A stretch of 64,000 bases of DNA from an uncultured Gammaproteobacteria bacterium (GCA_964522435.1 CAZFUL010000005.1:21568-85567), one strand, 5' to 3'. Counted from the first letter of the stretch, positions 1 through 10,379 are shown. Made by a program: numbers and translations. Notes: a model not told the origin generated them from the letters alone.

Positions 1-260
1 TTGTTGGGGAGGTGGCTATCGATTGCAGCCATAAGCACTTGGTGTACTTCCCATTCACCTGGGTGGCTGATAACAAAAGGCGTTCCTGAAATAGAGATGG
101 AACCAGCCTCTGTTTGGGTATATATAGCAATATCTGCCAATAAATTGCGCGGAAATGCGCCTAGGGCAGGTTTATAGGGGTCAATAATAATGGTAACGTC
201 GTTGTCAAAGGGTTTTACTTGCAATTTTACTGCGGTCGAACCAAGCCAAGAGATGTGCAT
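1..260 (-). CDS. MBL-fold metallo-hydrolase, partial at the window edge (N-terminus MHISWLGSTAVKLQVKPFDNDVTIIIDPYKP...)
   Basis: Translating the minus strand from the ATG at 258-260 gives an open frame running off the window start. The N-terminus resembles MBL-fold (UPF0173-like) hydrolases. It is missing from the ORF track because it is incomplete. Confidence 0.5.
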   Translation of the reverse strand, partial: MHISWLGSTAVKLQVKPFDNDVTIIIDPYKPALGAFPRNLLADIAIYTQTEAGSISISGTPFVISHPGEWEVHQVLMAAIDSHLPN

Positions 261-468
261 ATCGTAGGGGGGAATCAAAAATAACCAGAATAAAGGAAAT
301 TCAGGCATAGTATACCTTTTTTATCCTGGCGAGGCAAGTCTTGATTTTTTTTAGCGTTCTGCTATACTGGTCAAATCCTCATCCCAAAGGGATAGGGGAG
401 TACTTACTTAATCCCGACAACGTCGGGAAGCTTACAAGAGTTTCTTGTAGGATAATTATAGAGAGTTT

Positions 469-1668
469 ATGGCTGAAGAAAAAAAGCCAACATCATCGTT
501 TGCAACGCTTTTAGAAGATTTTTTTGCCCAATTACCAAAACCTGGTGAAATGGTAGAAGGAAGCGTTATTTCTGTACAAAATGGTGCTGTTCGTATTGAT
601 ATTAACGGCTTAGTAACCGGAGTTGTTCGCGGACGCGAATTATTTACTGAGTCTCATGAGTACAGTACTATTAAACCAGGAGATAAAGTTGCCGCAACCG
701 TATTAGAACAAGAAAATGAAAATGGAGAAATGGAATTATCTTTCCGTATCGCTGGCTTCCAACGTGTTTGGGAACGCCTTGCACAATACGTTAAAGAAGG
801 TGTGACGGTTCCTGCAAAAGTATTAAATGCCAATAAAGGTGGTTTAATGATGAAAGTGGACGCGGTAACCGGGTTTATGCCGGTGAGTCAGCTTGCTCCA
901 GATAATTACCCACGTGTTCCAGGTGGAGACAAAAATCGCATTTTAGAACATTTACAAAAATTAATTGGTACTACCTTACAAGTAAAAGTATTAGACGCAA
1001 ATCAACAAGATGATAAGTTGATTGTTTCTGAAAAAGCGGTGTGGGAAGATGACCAAAAAGCCGTTCTTGATTCATACAAGATTGGCGACGTGGTAAAAGG
1101 TGAAGTAAGTGCCTTAACCAGTTTTGGTGCCTTTATGAAATTTGGCGCTGGATTAGAAGGCTTGATCCACATTTCAGAAATTGTGTGGCAACGCATTGAC
1201 CATCCAAAGGATGTGCTCAAAACTGGTGATAAAGTAGAAGCGCAAATTATTGATTTGAACAAATCAAAAATTTACCTTTCTATGAAACGTTTAGTGGATG
1301 ATCCATGGAAAGCAGTAAAAGAAAAATATAAAACAGGTGATAAAGTAGAAGGAGAAATTCACAAAATTGAACCATTTGGATTAATGGTAAAATTAGATGA
1401 AGATATTCATGGACTTGCTCATATTTCAGAAGTATCAAACAAGCAAGTGACTGACGTAAAACAACTTCGTGAATTATTCACCTTAGGTGAAAAACGCACC
1501 TTTGAAGTGATTAACATTGAACCAGCTGAACACCGTTTAGGCTTGCGCTTAGATGGCGTGAAAGCAAAATCAGCACCTGCTGCAGAAAAGAAAGAAGCTT
1601 CTGTAACAGAAGCTGCCCCTGTTGCTGAAGAGAAAGCAGAAGAACCAGCGCCAGAAGCGACAGCATAA
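469..1668 (+). CDS. rpsA: ribosomal protein S1-like protein with multiple S1 RNA-binding domains
   Basis: 399 aa with repeated S1-domain blocks (GxVxG, IHISE motifs) and an acidic Lys/Glu/Ala-rich C-terminus. A terminator follows. Confidence 0.8.
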   Translation: MAEEKKPTSSFATLLEDFFAQLPKPGEMVEGSVISVQNGAVRIDINGLVTGVVRGRELFTESHEYSTIKPGDKVAATVLEQENENGEMELSFRIAGFQRVWERLAQYVKEGVTVPAKVLNANKGGLMMKVDAVTGFMPVSQLAPDNYPRVPGGDKNRILEHLQKLIGTTLQVKVLDANQQDDKLIVSEKAVWEDDQKAVLDSYKIGDVVKGEVSALTSFGAFMKFGAGLEGLIHISEIVWQRIDHPKDVLKTGDKVEAQIIDLNKSKIYLSMKRLVDDPWKAVKEKYKTGDKVEGEIHKIEPFGLMVKLDEDIHGLAHISEVSNKQVTDVKQLRELFTLGEKRTFEVINIEPAEHRLGLRLDGVKAKSAPAAEKKEASVTEAAPVAEEKAEEPAPEATA

Positions 1669-1683
1669 TACAACTTCGTTGAT

Positions 1684-1719
1684 AAAAAAACACCCCGATT
1701 ACATCGGGGTGTTTTTTCT
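1684..1719 (+). terminator. intrinsic terminator (caccccgattacatcggggtg followed by a T-run)
   Basis: GC-clamped hairpin plus T7 directly after the S1 stop. An identical 33-nt copy lies at 4976-5010. Confidence 0.8.
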
Positions 1720-1826
1720 TTGGAAAGAATAGCTTTTGGACGGTATGATGATGGTTGACAAATAGCCTGAGGCGTGATACAGAAAAGTGTCCTCGCGTTG
1801 AGGGCATAACCGCCTAAGGAGGCAAC

Positions 1827-2282
1827 ATGTTTCTTTGGTATATTCTCAATTTTTTTACTCTCACCATTTTCCGCCCTTTTACGGGAGGGTGGGTTCTGCT
1901 GAGCTGGGATGACCAGCGCTTTCTCCAGGCGCGCTCTCTTTGTGTGAACGGGCAGCCCGCCGAAAAGGACCGCGGGATCCTGTCCCGCCGTTCTGCCTGG
2001 AAGACCTACGTTATTTTTGAGGTGCAGGGGGGTGAGGGGATGCTTGTTTGTTTGGACTGCAAAAACAATCTTCTCGCTTGTTGGCGGGGCTGGACGCCTT
2101 GGAAGCCGCGGCTGTTCCAGCCTGGCGACCAAGTCGCTCTCCGTGTGGGGGAACATGACGCCGACTGGCGGTTGTTCTATCCAAAGGGGTGCCCCCCGCG
2201 GACTTCTCCTAGCCTAAAGGTGTTGGGTCGCTGCCACGAGCGGGAGCTTTTCAAGAAGTTCCCGAAGGCAGTGAAGTACTGA
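1827..2282 (+). CDS. hypothetical protein in a high-GC islet
   Basis: 151-aa ORF in a GC-rich ~1.1 kb segment that contrasts with its flanks. No recognisable domain. Confidence 0.35.
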   Translation: MFLWYILNFFTLTIFRPFTGGWVLLSWDDQRFLQARSLCVNGQPAEKDRGILSRRSAWKTYVIFEVQGGEGMLVCLDCKNNLLACWRGWTPWKPRLFQPGDQVALRVGEHDADWRLFYPKGCPPRTSPSLKVLGRCHERELFKKFPKAVKY

Positions 2283-2288
2283 AAATAA

Positions 2289-2747
2289 TTGACAACCCTC
2301 AGAACGACGCGGGCGGAGGAAAAAATGAGTGACGAACCATTGTTTATCGTGGTGGATGGACGATACTTTCTGACCAGCGCGGGAAATAAGTTGTCTTCTC
2401 GGCAGCTTGCTGCCAAGTTGCAAGCCCTGGGGCTGGAGGTGTCGCATTCGACGGTGGCTCGGGCCCGGGAAAAGCCAGACCGTTCCTTCATTCCTGGGTA
2501 TCGCAAGCCAGGTCAGCCATTGCGGCGTAGCCTGCCCTACGGCTACGTGAAGTTGGCTTGGCATGAAAAGCTGTTGTCGGTTGATACCCTTGCCCGCAAG
2601 TTTGGTATCAGTGGTGAAACAGCTCGGCGAGCAAAAAAGAAAGGGTGGTTTGAAATTCTGAGCACCGGCTCAGAATTTCATACCCAGATCACGAAGGAGC
2701 GGACACAGGGTGCGGGGCAGCGGCTGCCCCTTGATCTTGAAGATTGA
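2289..2747 (+). CDS. hypothetical protein, possibly DNA-binding (HTH-like segments)
   Basis: 152-aa ORF in the same high-GC islet. Segments such as LSSRQLAAKLQALGLEVSHSTVARAR and LARKFGISGETARRAKK look HTH-like. The start may be at the internal Met13. Confidence 0.4.
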   Translation: MTTLRTTRAEEKMSDEPLFIVVDGRYFLTSAGNKLSSRQLAAKLQALGLEVSHSTVARAREKPDRSFIPGYRKPGQPLRRSLPYGYVKLAWHEKLLSVDTLARKFGISGETARRAKKKGWFEILSTGSEFHTQITKERTQGAGQRLPLDLED

Positions 2748-2865
2748 ATCTTCCTCACATTATTGTCTCGCAATTCATTGAATTGCGACGACTCTTCTCC
2801 CGGAGGATCTCCTGCCCCAGCGGCAGTTGATGGTCCTCCGGAAATCCCACATCAATTAACAATGA

Positions 2866-2935
2866 ACAATTAGCAATGAACAAGTTTTCGAAGTTTTGTT
2901 AATTGTTCATTGCTAATTGCTCATTGATTATCACT
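2866..2935. repeat. near-perfect 24-bp inverted repeat (caatgaacaattagcaatgaacaa / ttgttcattgctaattgctcattg) with a ~20-nt spacer
   Basis: Read directly from the sequence, with one mismatch across 24 bp. Each arm contains a duplicated caatgaaca. It lies between the high-GC islet and the ftsH promoter region. Confidence 0.7.
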
Positions 2936-3092
2936 TCCATCCCCAGATTGACAATGTGGATTTTTTTTTATATAGTTAGATAATGAAAAATAGCGTGGAT
3001 TGACGTAAGCAGCGTAAGCCACTACTATATACCTGCTATACTAGAGACAACCACCTTAGAAAACTCAGTCACTCCACATAACTCAGAACCCT

Positions 3093-4967
3093 ATGACCAA
3101 AGAACCAAACAATAAAAAAACGACCCCTCCATCAACCACAGCGCTGTTGCGTAATTTTGTGTTGATTATTATTTCGTTATTTTGTATTGCTGCTCTGGTA
3201 AATACTCTTACCAATAAGCAAAAAACATACGAAGATGTGGCAATTACTCGTCTGGTAGAAGAGGTAAACAAGACGAATGTAGAAAAAGTGGATATTGAAG
3301 GCAGTACCTTGTTAGTCACTTTAAAAGAAGGGGAAAAACAACTGCGCGTGAAAAAAGAATACGGTGAATCATTTACCGAGCTCATGAGTAACTTAGGCGT
3401 GGCGCCAGAAACATTGCAAACAGTAATAGTCTCTGTAAAAGAAGCACCGGCATGGAAATCCGTTCTGTTATCTATTGCACCATTTTTACTTCCCTTTGTG
3501 TTGATTGTTGGAGCAATTTACTTTATGAGTCGTCAAGTGCAAGGCGTCAATAACCGTGCCATGAGTTTTGGATCAAACAGTGGCAAAATGGCAAAGCCAG
3601 ATGATAAAGATAAAAAAACATTTAAAGATGTTGCTGGGTCAACCGAAGCAAAACATGAGTTAGAAGAAATTGTTGACTTCTTAAAATCACCAAAGAAATT
3701 CGCAGACATGGGAGCAAAAATTCCTCGTGGGGTGTTACTCATGGGTTCTCCTGGAACCGGAAAAACCTTACTTGCCAAAGCGGTTGCTGGGGAAGCAAAT
3801 GTGCCATTCTTTCATATTAGCGGCTCTGAATTTGTGGAAATGTTTGTTGGTGTGGGGGCGAGTCGTGTGCGTGATTTATTTGCGAAAGCAAAAAAAGCCG
3901 CACCCGCGATTGTATTTATTGATGAAATTGATGCTGTTGGACGCAAGCGTGGAGCAGGACTCGGCGGTGGTCATGATGAACGAGAACAAACACTCAACCA
4001 AATTCTGGTTGAAATGGATGGCTTTGAACCCAATGCAGGGATTATTGTGATTGCGGCAACCAACCGCCCTGACGTATTAGATCAAGCCCTGTTACGCCCT
4101 GGTCGTTTTGATCGTCGCGTGGTAGTAAATTTGCCAGACATTAAAGAACGAGAAGAAATTTTACAGGTGCATGCTCGTAATAAACCATTGTCAAAAGATA
4201 TTCAATTAAAAACCTTAGCAGAAAGAACCCCAGGATTTTCTGGAGCAGACTTAGCGAATTTGTTAAACGAAGCCGCTATTTTGGCAGTACGAAAAACCCA
4301 AAAAGAAATTACCGAAGACTTGATTCGTGAAAGTATTGATAAAGTTATCTTAGGGCCAGAAAAACGTTCTCGGGTGATGAGTGAAGAAGATAAAAAAATG
4401 ACTGCCTATCATGAAGCAGGGCATGCGGTTGTTGGTCATTTTATGAAGTATTGTGATCCGGTAAGAAAAGTCTCTATTATTGGTCGTGGCTCTGCTGGTG
4501 GCTACACCTTGTCTATGCCAGAAAGTGATAAACATTATCAAAAAATTGTTGAATTTAAAGATGACATGGCCATGATGATGGGGGGCTATGTGGCAGAAAA
4601 AATGATTTATGGTGATGAACAATTAAGTACCGGACCTTCCAGTGATTTGAAAAAAGCAACCCAGCTCGCCCGCAGAATGGTCATGCAATATGGTATGAGT
4701 ACGGAACTTGGTCCACGCGTGTATTCTGAAAATGAAGAAATGATTTTCTTAGCACAAGAAATTCATGATAAGAAAAATTATAGTGAAAAAACCGCAGAAA
4801 AAATTGACGAAGAAATTACTGCCTTATTAAAACAAGCGCTCAAACGAGCAGAGCAGTTGTTACAAGAAAAGCGCAGCCTTATGGACAAACTCGTTGCCGT
4901 GTTAATGAAAGAAGAAACCGTGGAGCAAGAACGATTTAGAGAAATTATGGAAGGAAAAGCGGTGTAG
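3093..4967 (+). CDS. ftsH: ATP-dependent zinc metalloprotease FtsH
   Basis: N-terminal TM segments, AAA+ Walker A (GSPGTGKT), Walker B, the SRH region and the HEAGH zinc site. Confidence 0.95.
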   Translation: MTKEPNNKKTTPPSTTALLRNFVLIIISLFCIAALVNTLTNKQKTYEDVAITRLVEEVNKTNVEKVDIEGSTLLVTLKEGEKQLRVKKEYGESFTELMSNLGVAPETLQTVIVSVKEAPAWKSVLLSIAPFLLPFVLIVGAIYFMSRQVQGVNNRAMSFGSNSGKMAKPDDKDKKTFKDVAGSTEAKHELEEIVDFLKSPKKFADMGAKIPRGVLLMGSPGTGKTLLAKAVAGEANVPFFHISGSEFVEMFVGVGASRVRDLFAKAKKAAPAIVFIDEIDAVGRKRGAGLGGGHDEREQTLNQILVEMDGFEPNAGIIVIAATNRPDVLDQALLRPGRFDRRVVVNLPDIKEREEILQVHARNKPLSKDIQLKTLAERTPGFSGADLANLLNEAAILAVRKTQKEITEDLIRESIDKVILGPEKRSRVMSEEDKKMTAYHEAGHAVVGHFMKYCDPVRKVSIIGRGSAGGYTLSMPESDKHYQKIVEFKDDMAMMMGGYVAEKMIYGDEQLSTGPSSDLKKATQLARRMVMQYGMSTELGPRVYSENEEMIFLAQEIHDKKNYSEKTAEKIDEEITALLKQALKRAEQLLQEKRSLMDKLVAVLMKEETVEQERFREIMEGKAV

Positions 4968-4972
4968 TATCT

Positions 4973-5010
4973 ATAAAAAAACACCCCGATGTAATCGGGG
5001 TGTTTTTTCA
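4973..5010 (+). terminator. intrinsic terminator, identical to the hairpin after the S1 gene
   Basis: aaaaaaacaccccgatgtaatcggggtgttttttc. Confidence 0.8.
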
Positions 5011-5016
5011 TCTTTG

Positions 5017-5409
5017 TTATGTATGTAAGTTGTCAATTGCTGTATCAACTTCATCTTTTAACGCTTCCTCATCAAGAAGATTTCTTATCGCAGCTTCTGT
5101 GTTTGCAATATCTGCTTCACTTAATCCCGTTGTTGGATCAACAATACGTTCGCTTGCTTGTGTGGGGGGTTCTTCTCTGTCTAAAGGCATTCCATCACGC
5201 ATAAGCCGTTTTATCTCATTTGCCCTTGCAGCATCTTTTTGTTGTTCAATATTTCTATCGATCATCGCCATATCTGCCCGGTCGGCCGTTGTTCCAAAAT
5301 TTTTTTTTGGAGGTTTTTCATTTGTTGGAATAAATGATTCTTGGGATGCCTCTACATTTCTCATAGGATATATTATTAATAAATAATTTCTTTGTTCACA
5401 AGTTTCCAT
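5017..5409 (-). CDS. hypothetical protein
   Basis: 130-aa ORF with host-like composition and no recognisable domain. Confidence 0.45.
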   Translation of the reverse strand: METCEQRNYLLIIYPMRNVEASQESFIPTNEKPPKKNFGTTADRADMAMIDRNIEQQKDAARANEIKRLMRDGMPLDREEPPTQASERIVDPTTGLSEADIANTEAAIRNLLDEEALKDEVDTAIDNLHT

Positions 5410-6143
5410 CTGCCAACCGGCAAAGTACCTATAGTGAGTTTTCCAATGCGTATTCGTTTTAATGATATCACACGAAACCCGAGTCTCCCAAACATATTTC
5501 TAATTTGTCTGTTTTTTCCTTCTTTCAGTATCACGGTGACGAGGGTTCTTTTTCCTTTATTTACTCGGGATACAATAGTTATTCCTTGATAGAGCTCTTC
5601 TTCTACTCGCATGCCTTTTTGTAATATTGCTTCTGAGCCTCGATTAAGCGGTTTATCTATCGTCACTTCATACTCTTTTTCATGTTCATAGCGAGGATGG
5701 GTAAGCTCATTTGTCAGCTCTCCATCGTTGGTAAGCAGGAGTAAGCCTTCTGAATCTTTATCCAGCCGACCTACGGGGTACAGTCGTGTGTTTAGGATTG
5801 ATGCAATATATTCTTTTGGTTCTTTGCCTACATAATTTGCGGCGGTAATAAGTTCTAATACCGATGCGCCTTGTTCGTTAGAGGCACTCGAAATATAATC
5901 AATGGGTTTGTGTAGGGCAATATAGATGTTCTTTTTTTCTTCGGCGGTTGTTGGTTGAATAACTTTTGCAGAACCAGTGCCATCAATAATTTCTATGACG
6001 TCTGTTGTTGGATCTATTTTTGTTCCTTGTTCTACAACAAGAATACCGTTCACACGGATGTTTCTTTCAGCAATCAAGAGTTCGGCTTTTCTGCGTGAGC
6101 AGATACCCGCATCTGCGAGATATTTGTGGAGACGAATGAGCAT
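5376..6143 (-). CDS. pseudouridine synthase, RsuA/RluB family
   Basis: N-terminal S4 domain (RLHKYLADAGICSRRKAELLI) and the catalytic core (VGRLDKDSEGLLLLTND). Confidence 0.85.
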   Translation of the reverse strand: MLIRLHKYLADAGICSRRKAELLIAERNIRVNGILVVEQGTKIDPTTDVIEIIDGTGSAKVIQPTTAEEKKNIYIALHKPIDYISSASNEQGASVLELITAANYVGKEPKEYIASILNTRLYPVGRLDKDSEGLLLLTNDGELTNELTHPRYEHEKEYEVTIDKPLNRGSEAILQKGMRVEEELYQGITIVSRVNKGKRTLVTVILKEGKNRQIRNMFGRLGFRVISLKRIRIGKLTIGTLPVGRWKLVNKEIIY

Positions 6144-6146
6144 AGT

Positions 6147-7103
6147 CTATCGCATGCTTGCGTAGATAATATAGCCAACGTAGATGAGTAAGAAAACACT
6201 TCCTTCTATTTTGGTGAGACGTTGTTTTTGTCCAACAAATAACGCGATAAATAACAAGAATGATACGAAGGTCGTAAATAGCGCGTCGATTTGTGCTTCT
6301 GCACTCACAGGGAGTGGGGTAACGACCGCGGTAATCCCTAAAATCCAGAATACATTAAAAATGTTTGATCCAACAATATTCCCGATGGCAATATCACTGT
6401 GACCCTTTTTTGCGGCAACAATGCTGGTGGCAAGTTCTGGAAGAGAGGTCCCAATGGCGATAATCGTTAAGCCAATGAGTGTTTCGCTCAGGCCTGCTGC
6501 GGTGGCAAGAATAATAGCATTATCGACGATAAATTTTCCTCCAATGATAAGGCCAACAAGTCCTGCAATAAATAACAAAATAGATTTTTTCCATGAATAG
6601 CTGTCTATTTTTTCGTCGCTGCCTTTTATTTTACTGAGACCATAGGTGTAGTAAAGGAAAATAATGAAAAAGGCAATAAAAATAAATCCATCTGATCGCG
6701 TAAGGACATTGGTTGCTGCGCCAGTTAATAAAGTATCATAGCCGACAATAAGGACAATAATCATGGCGAGAATAGCGAAAGGAATTTCTTTGTATGCGGT
6801 GCTGTTTTTTACAATAAGTGGTCGTATGCAAGCGCTGATTCCCAATATCAATAAGATATTTGATAGGTTTGACCCAACAACATTCGCAATCGCAATATCT
6901 GTTGTGCCGTTCATTGCGGCTAAGAGACTCACCACCAGTTCTGGGGCAGAGGTGCCAAATGCAACAATGGTAAGCCCAATCACAATACTTGGTACGCGCC
7001 ATTTTGTTGCCATGGATGATGCGCCTTTTACCAAGGCATCTGCGCCATAAATAAGAATGGCTAAGCCACCAAGAATAAAGATACTACTGATGAGAATACT
7101 CAT
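6147..7103 (-). CDS. Ca2+/Na+ antiporter of the CaCA (YrbG-like) family
   Basis: Polytopic membrane protein with two alpha-repeat motifs (GTSAPEL, GTSLPEL). Confidence 0.85.
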   Translation of the reverse strand: MSILISSIFILGGLAILIYGADALVKGASSMATKWRVPSIVIGLTIVAFGTSAPELVVSLLAAMNGTTDIAIANVVGSNLSNILLILGISACIRPLIVKNSTAYKEIPFAILAMIIVLIVGYDTLLTGAATNVLTRSDGFIFIAFFIIFLYYTYGLSKIKGSDEKIDSYSWKKSILLFIAGLVGLIIGGKFIVDNAIILATAAGLSETLIGLTIIAIGTSLPELATSIVAAKKGHSDIAIGNIVGSNIFNVFWILGITAVVTPLPVSAEAQIDALFTTFVSFLLFIALFVGQKQRLTKIEGSVFLLIYVGYIIYASMR

Positions 7104-7594
7104 AGGTTAGGAGAATTTTTTTTGAGGCTGTACATACCCAAAATGAATAATAGCGTAGAACTTATTGCCGAACCTAAGCAATAGATGCAGAGGGCCTGAA
7201 TCACAAAGGCCATAAGAAAAACAAAATACGCAGAAGCTAAAAATCCGAGTGGGGTAAGTAAACAAGCGAGTCGAAACAGTGTTTCTTTTTTACTATCTAA
7301 AAATGCGATAGAGAGTAAAAGAATACTCAAGTAGTAGAGCGCTCCACCCAAGGCAACGGGAATGCCAGCTATTTCTGAATAGGGACTACTCGTGACTTCT
7401 GCACAGCCTTCTAAAAACGAACAATTTGGTGGTACTCCCCGCAGATGTTCTATGGTGAGGTAACTGGCGTCTGCAAACCCAAGAAAACTCACCACAATAC
7501 ATATCCAGGCAATCACTGTTTTATTGAGCGGCTTTTTCTGCGTCAATGCGTTGTTTGAGTTGGTCATACGAACTAATTTGATATTGCGTTCCAT
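7100..7594 (-). CDS. vitamin K epoxide reductase (VKOR) family membrane protein
   Basis: Four TM segments, conserved Cys pairs and a CIYC (CxxC) motif. The annotated start overlaps the upstream DsbA by 74 nt, so the real start may be the GTG at about 7512. Confidence 0.75.
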   Translation of the reverse strand: MERNIKLVRMTNSNNALTQKKPLNKTVIAWICIVVSFLGFADASYLTIEHLRGVPPNCSFLEGCAEVTSSPYSEIAGIPVALGGALYYLSILLLSIAFLDSKKETLFRLACLLTPLGFLASAYFVFLMAFVIQALCIYCLGSAISSTLLFILGMYSLKKNSPNL

Positions 7595-8174
7595 TGATAA
7601 AGGTGGTTGGCGTGCCGCTTAAGCGTAAGGCTGCAGCACTTGCAGCATCTTCATTTACTTTTGCCATAACCTCTTTACTCGTAAGGTCTTTGGTAAATTG
7701 TGCTTCATCTAAGCTAAGAGAGACGGCTAAACGAATAAAAAACGCTTCTGGATCTTGTTCTTTTACCCATTGCGCTTGGGTATTAAATATGGCGTCATGC
7801 ATATCCCAAAATTTTCCTTGCAATGCGGCTGCTTCTGAGGCTTGTGCTGCTAATTGGGCATGGTCATGAATCGCGCGAAGAGGAAAGTGACGATACACAA
7901 AGCGAACATCATCTGGATATTCTGCAACAATTTGTTTAAAGAACGGATACACATTTGCACAATAGGGGCATTCAAAATCACTGTACTCTACAATGGTAAT
8001 TGGTGCATTGGGGTTACCACTCACGTGCTCTTGTGTACTATCAATTTGTTCGTTGAGTGTTTTATTTCCTTGAGACGCTGGGGCCGTGCCCAGTTTGGTA
8101 AGGAGCCATAAAAAAGCCACGAGGCCAAGAATAATAGCAGTCCAGAGAACAATACGTTTGGTCGTTGGATTCAT
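7521..8174 (-). CDS. DsbA-like thiol:disulfide oxidoreductase
   Basis: Signal/TM anchor followed by a thioredoxin fold with a CPYC active site. Pairing with VKOR is the known DsbB-replacement arrangement. Confidence 0.85.
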   Translation of the reverse strand: MNPTTKRIVLWTAIILGLVAFLWLLTKLGTAPASQGNKTLNEQIDSTQEHVSGNPNAPITIVEYSDFECPYCANVYPFFKQIVAEYPDDVRFVYRHFPLRAIHDHAQLAAQASEAAALQGKFWDMHDAIFNTQAQWVKEQDPEAFFIRLAVSLSLDEAQFTKDLTSKEVMAKVNEDAASAAALRLSGTPTTFINGTQYQISSYDQLKQRIDAEKAAQ

Positions 8175-8208
8175 AATGAATAGGTAAATAATAATTTTTT
8201 CTATTGTA

Positions 8209-9507
8209 TCACAGCTTTTCTAAGACCACGAGCCCCTCCACATGCGGGGTGCGAGGAAAAAAATTATATAATTTGATATATATGGGGCGGTAGCTTTCTG
8301 ATAATAATCGCATATCTCGCGCTTGAGTAGAAATGTTACAAGAAAGATAGATAATCTTGGGTGGACGCGCTTTACGGAGTTGTTTTACAACGCTATCATG
8401 CAGGCCAGCTCTCGGAGGATCGACGATAATTTGGCGAGTGCTTGTAATATGTTCGAGCATGTTTTCTGCTGGAACAGCAAAGGCACTTGCTCCAGTAATG
8501 CTATTTTGTTCAATATTTGCTTTTGCAAAGTCTATTGCTTCTTTGCTGCTTTCTACTAAGATCGTTTCACTCCGAGATTTTGCCAGGGCTAAACCAATAG
8601 CACCCACACCAGAATAATAATCAACAAGAGGCATTTTTGGATCTAAAAATGCGGCAATATCTTTAAGTGCGCGCATAAAGATGGGCGGATTAATTTGAAA
8701 AAAACTCAACAGACCAAATTGTAATGAGGTGCCAAGAATATGCTCGCTCAGTGTGGTTCTTCCTGTGCTATAGAGAAGTTCTGTAGGGACGGATGCTGGG
8801 CTTTTGTGGGTTGAGTAATAGAGATCAAGACCAATACATGGCGTGCTAAGAGTTGGGTAAGAAGAAAAGGGTAATTTGTCTTTAATAAATAAGGCAGCAA
8901 TGGTTTCTGTCACTCCTGTTGCATTGGTTGCTGAGCGAACAATAAGACTTTTGAGGCTACGAATAGGAATGTGCATCTCATTTACCCATGCAAGTATATG
9001 GTTTGCTGTTTGCATGATGTGAGGGTTTGCCAAACAGGAATCAGTAATTGCGCTTCGAACATTTTTTCCTCGTTCAAAAAAAGCAAGATGAATTGTCCCT
9101 GTCTCATCTTCTGCAAAACTAAATTCCATTTTATTGCGATAGCCGTATTGTTGGCTTCTATCGTTTTCTAACACAATATCTGCGGGAGATACAATAAGAT
9201 TCGCTATTTTATTATAGGCCTCAACCGCAATGATTTTTTTTTCTTGTTCTTCTTGCTCAATACTCATCATATCCCAGGCCGCAGAAGAGAGATAATGAGT
9301 GTCTTTAGGCACAACACGGTGCGGAGAGGGCGTGATAATTTCGACAGCGGTTGCTTCGAGATGATCTTTTTTGTTTTTTATATAGTCCACCCGTACGGTT
9401 TCACCTGGTAACGCATTCCACACAAAAACGACCTTGCCGTCGGGGGTGCGCGCAAGGCCTTGGCCGCCAAAAACAAGTTTTTCTATGGTAAGAATAGAGG
9501 GGAACAT
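8209..9507 (-). CDS. 23S rRNA (uracil-5)-methyltransferase, RlmD/RumA family
   Basis: N-terminal TRAM domain and a C-terminal class I SAM methyltransferase fold of RumA type. Confidence 0.8.
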   Translation of the reverse strand: MFPSILTIEKLVFGGQGLARTPDGKVVFVWNALPGETVRVDYIKNKKDHLEATAVEIITPSPHRVVPKDTHYLSSAAWDMMSIEQEEQEKKIIAVEAYNKIANLIVSPADIVLENDRSQQYGYRNKMEFSFAEDETGTIHLAFFERGKNVRSAITDSCLANPHIMQTANHILAWVNEMHIPIRSLKSLIVRSATNATGVTETIAALFIKDKLPFSSYPTLSTPCIGLDLYYSTHKSPASVPTELLYSTGRTTLSEHILGTSLQFGLLSFFQINPPIFMRALKDIAAFLDPKMPLVDYYSGVGAIGLALAKSRSETILVESSKEAIDFAKANIEQNSITGASAFAVPAENMLEHITSTRQIIVDPPRAGLHDSVVKQLRKARPPKIIYLSCNISTQARDMRLLSESYRPIYIKLYNFFPRTPHVEGLVVLEKL

Positions 9508-9513
9508 GGAGTA

Positions 9514-10077
9514 TTATGAGGCTAATTCGCAGTGCGTATGGGTTGCGAGTTGGTGGATATGAGATTCGAGACGATTGGATGTTGAGCGAAGAGCTGTGAA
9601 TTCTGTATCGAGCTTAAGATGGAGAGACATAAATCCATCTATGGTATTCATGATATCATTTTTTACTGTAGAAAGTGCTTCTTTTGTTGCCATTCCCGAT
9701 ATTTCTTGACGGAGGTCTTCATTCAGTAAATAGATTTCTGTGCGCAACTCCTTTTTTGCATTGGTAATATCATCTTTCGTCGCGCCGTTCTCTTGAATAA
9801 ACTGAACCATAGTAAGAATGTCTTGCGTTGTTTGTTCGTTTGTTGTCATTCTGTCTGCCAACACAGCGATGTCTTGTTTGGTAGCGCTTGTTTGTTTTAA
9901 TACGGTGACATCTTGGTTCAAATCATTGATGTTTCCTTTCATCGTATGTATATCTTCTTTTATATCTCCAACATCTTCTTTTAAATAGCCGACGTCTTCT
10001 TGTACTTTCGTTAGATTTTCTTTTAACGATAGAACGATCGTGAGGATATCCTGCACTGTTTGTTCATTGGCTTGCAT
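9514..10077 (-). CDS. coiled-coil protein with 11-residue (hendecad) repeats, paralog of 15123..15590
   Basis: Repeats such as VQEDVGYLKED / VGDIKEDIHTM and an ATKDD motif. It has host-like low GC. The N-terminus is trimmed to Met31 (MQANEQTVQDILTIV), which aligns with the paralog's start. Confidence 0.55.
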   Translation of the reverse strand: MQANEQTVQDILTIVLSLKENLTKVQEDVGYLKEDVGDIKEDIHTMKGNINDLNQDVTVLKQTSATKQDIAVLADRMTTNEQTTQDILTMVQFIQENGATKDDITNAKKELRTEIYLLNEDLRQEISGMATKEALSTVKNDIMNTIDGFMSLHLKLDTEFTALRSTSNRLESHIHQLATHTHCELAS

Positions 10078-10344
10078 ACAACAAAAATTATGAATAAAGG
10101 TGGAGGATATAGAGCGATTATAGCAGGGAGGGTTTGTATAGGCAAGGAATCCTAAATCTAAAATCATAAATCAAAAGTCAACAATTGTAATATAGTTTTT
10201 ACTGGTTCAATAGACTATTTCATCTATATTACGATGGAGCCAAAGATTACTTAAGGTTTATTCTCCAATTTTGATTTATGACGTTAGATTTATAATTTTT
10301 TCTCTTATTTTAGCAAAATTTTGTTATTTATGAGGCTGATACAC

Positions 10345-10373
10345 TTGACAAAATTGTTTTTTTATGATATTAT
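10345..10373 (+). promoter_or_regulatory. sigma70-like promoter (TTGACA, 17 nt, TATTAT) pointing into the island
   Basis: cttgacaaaattgtttttttatgatattat read directly. The spacing is consensus. Confidence 0.5.
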
Positions 10374-10379
10374 CTCCCG

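Noticed and set aside
1002-1262. Small ORFs nested in or antisense to clear genes (e.g. 1002..1262, 3533..3778, 4350..4622, 36038..36229, 54013..54813)
   Set aside because: They lie inside well-supported conserved genes on the opposite strand or in another frame, and have no motifs.
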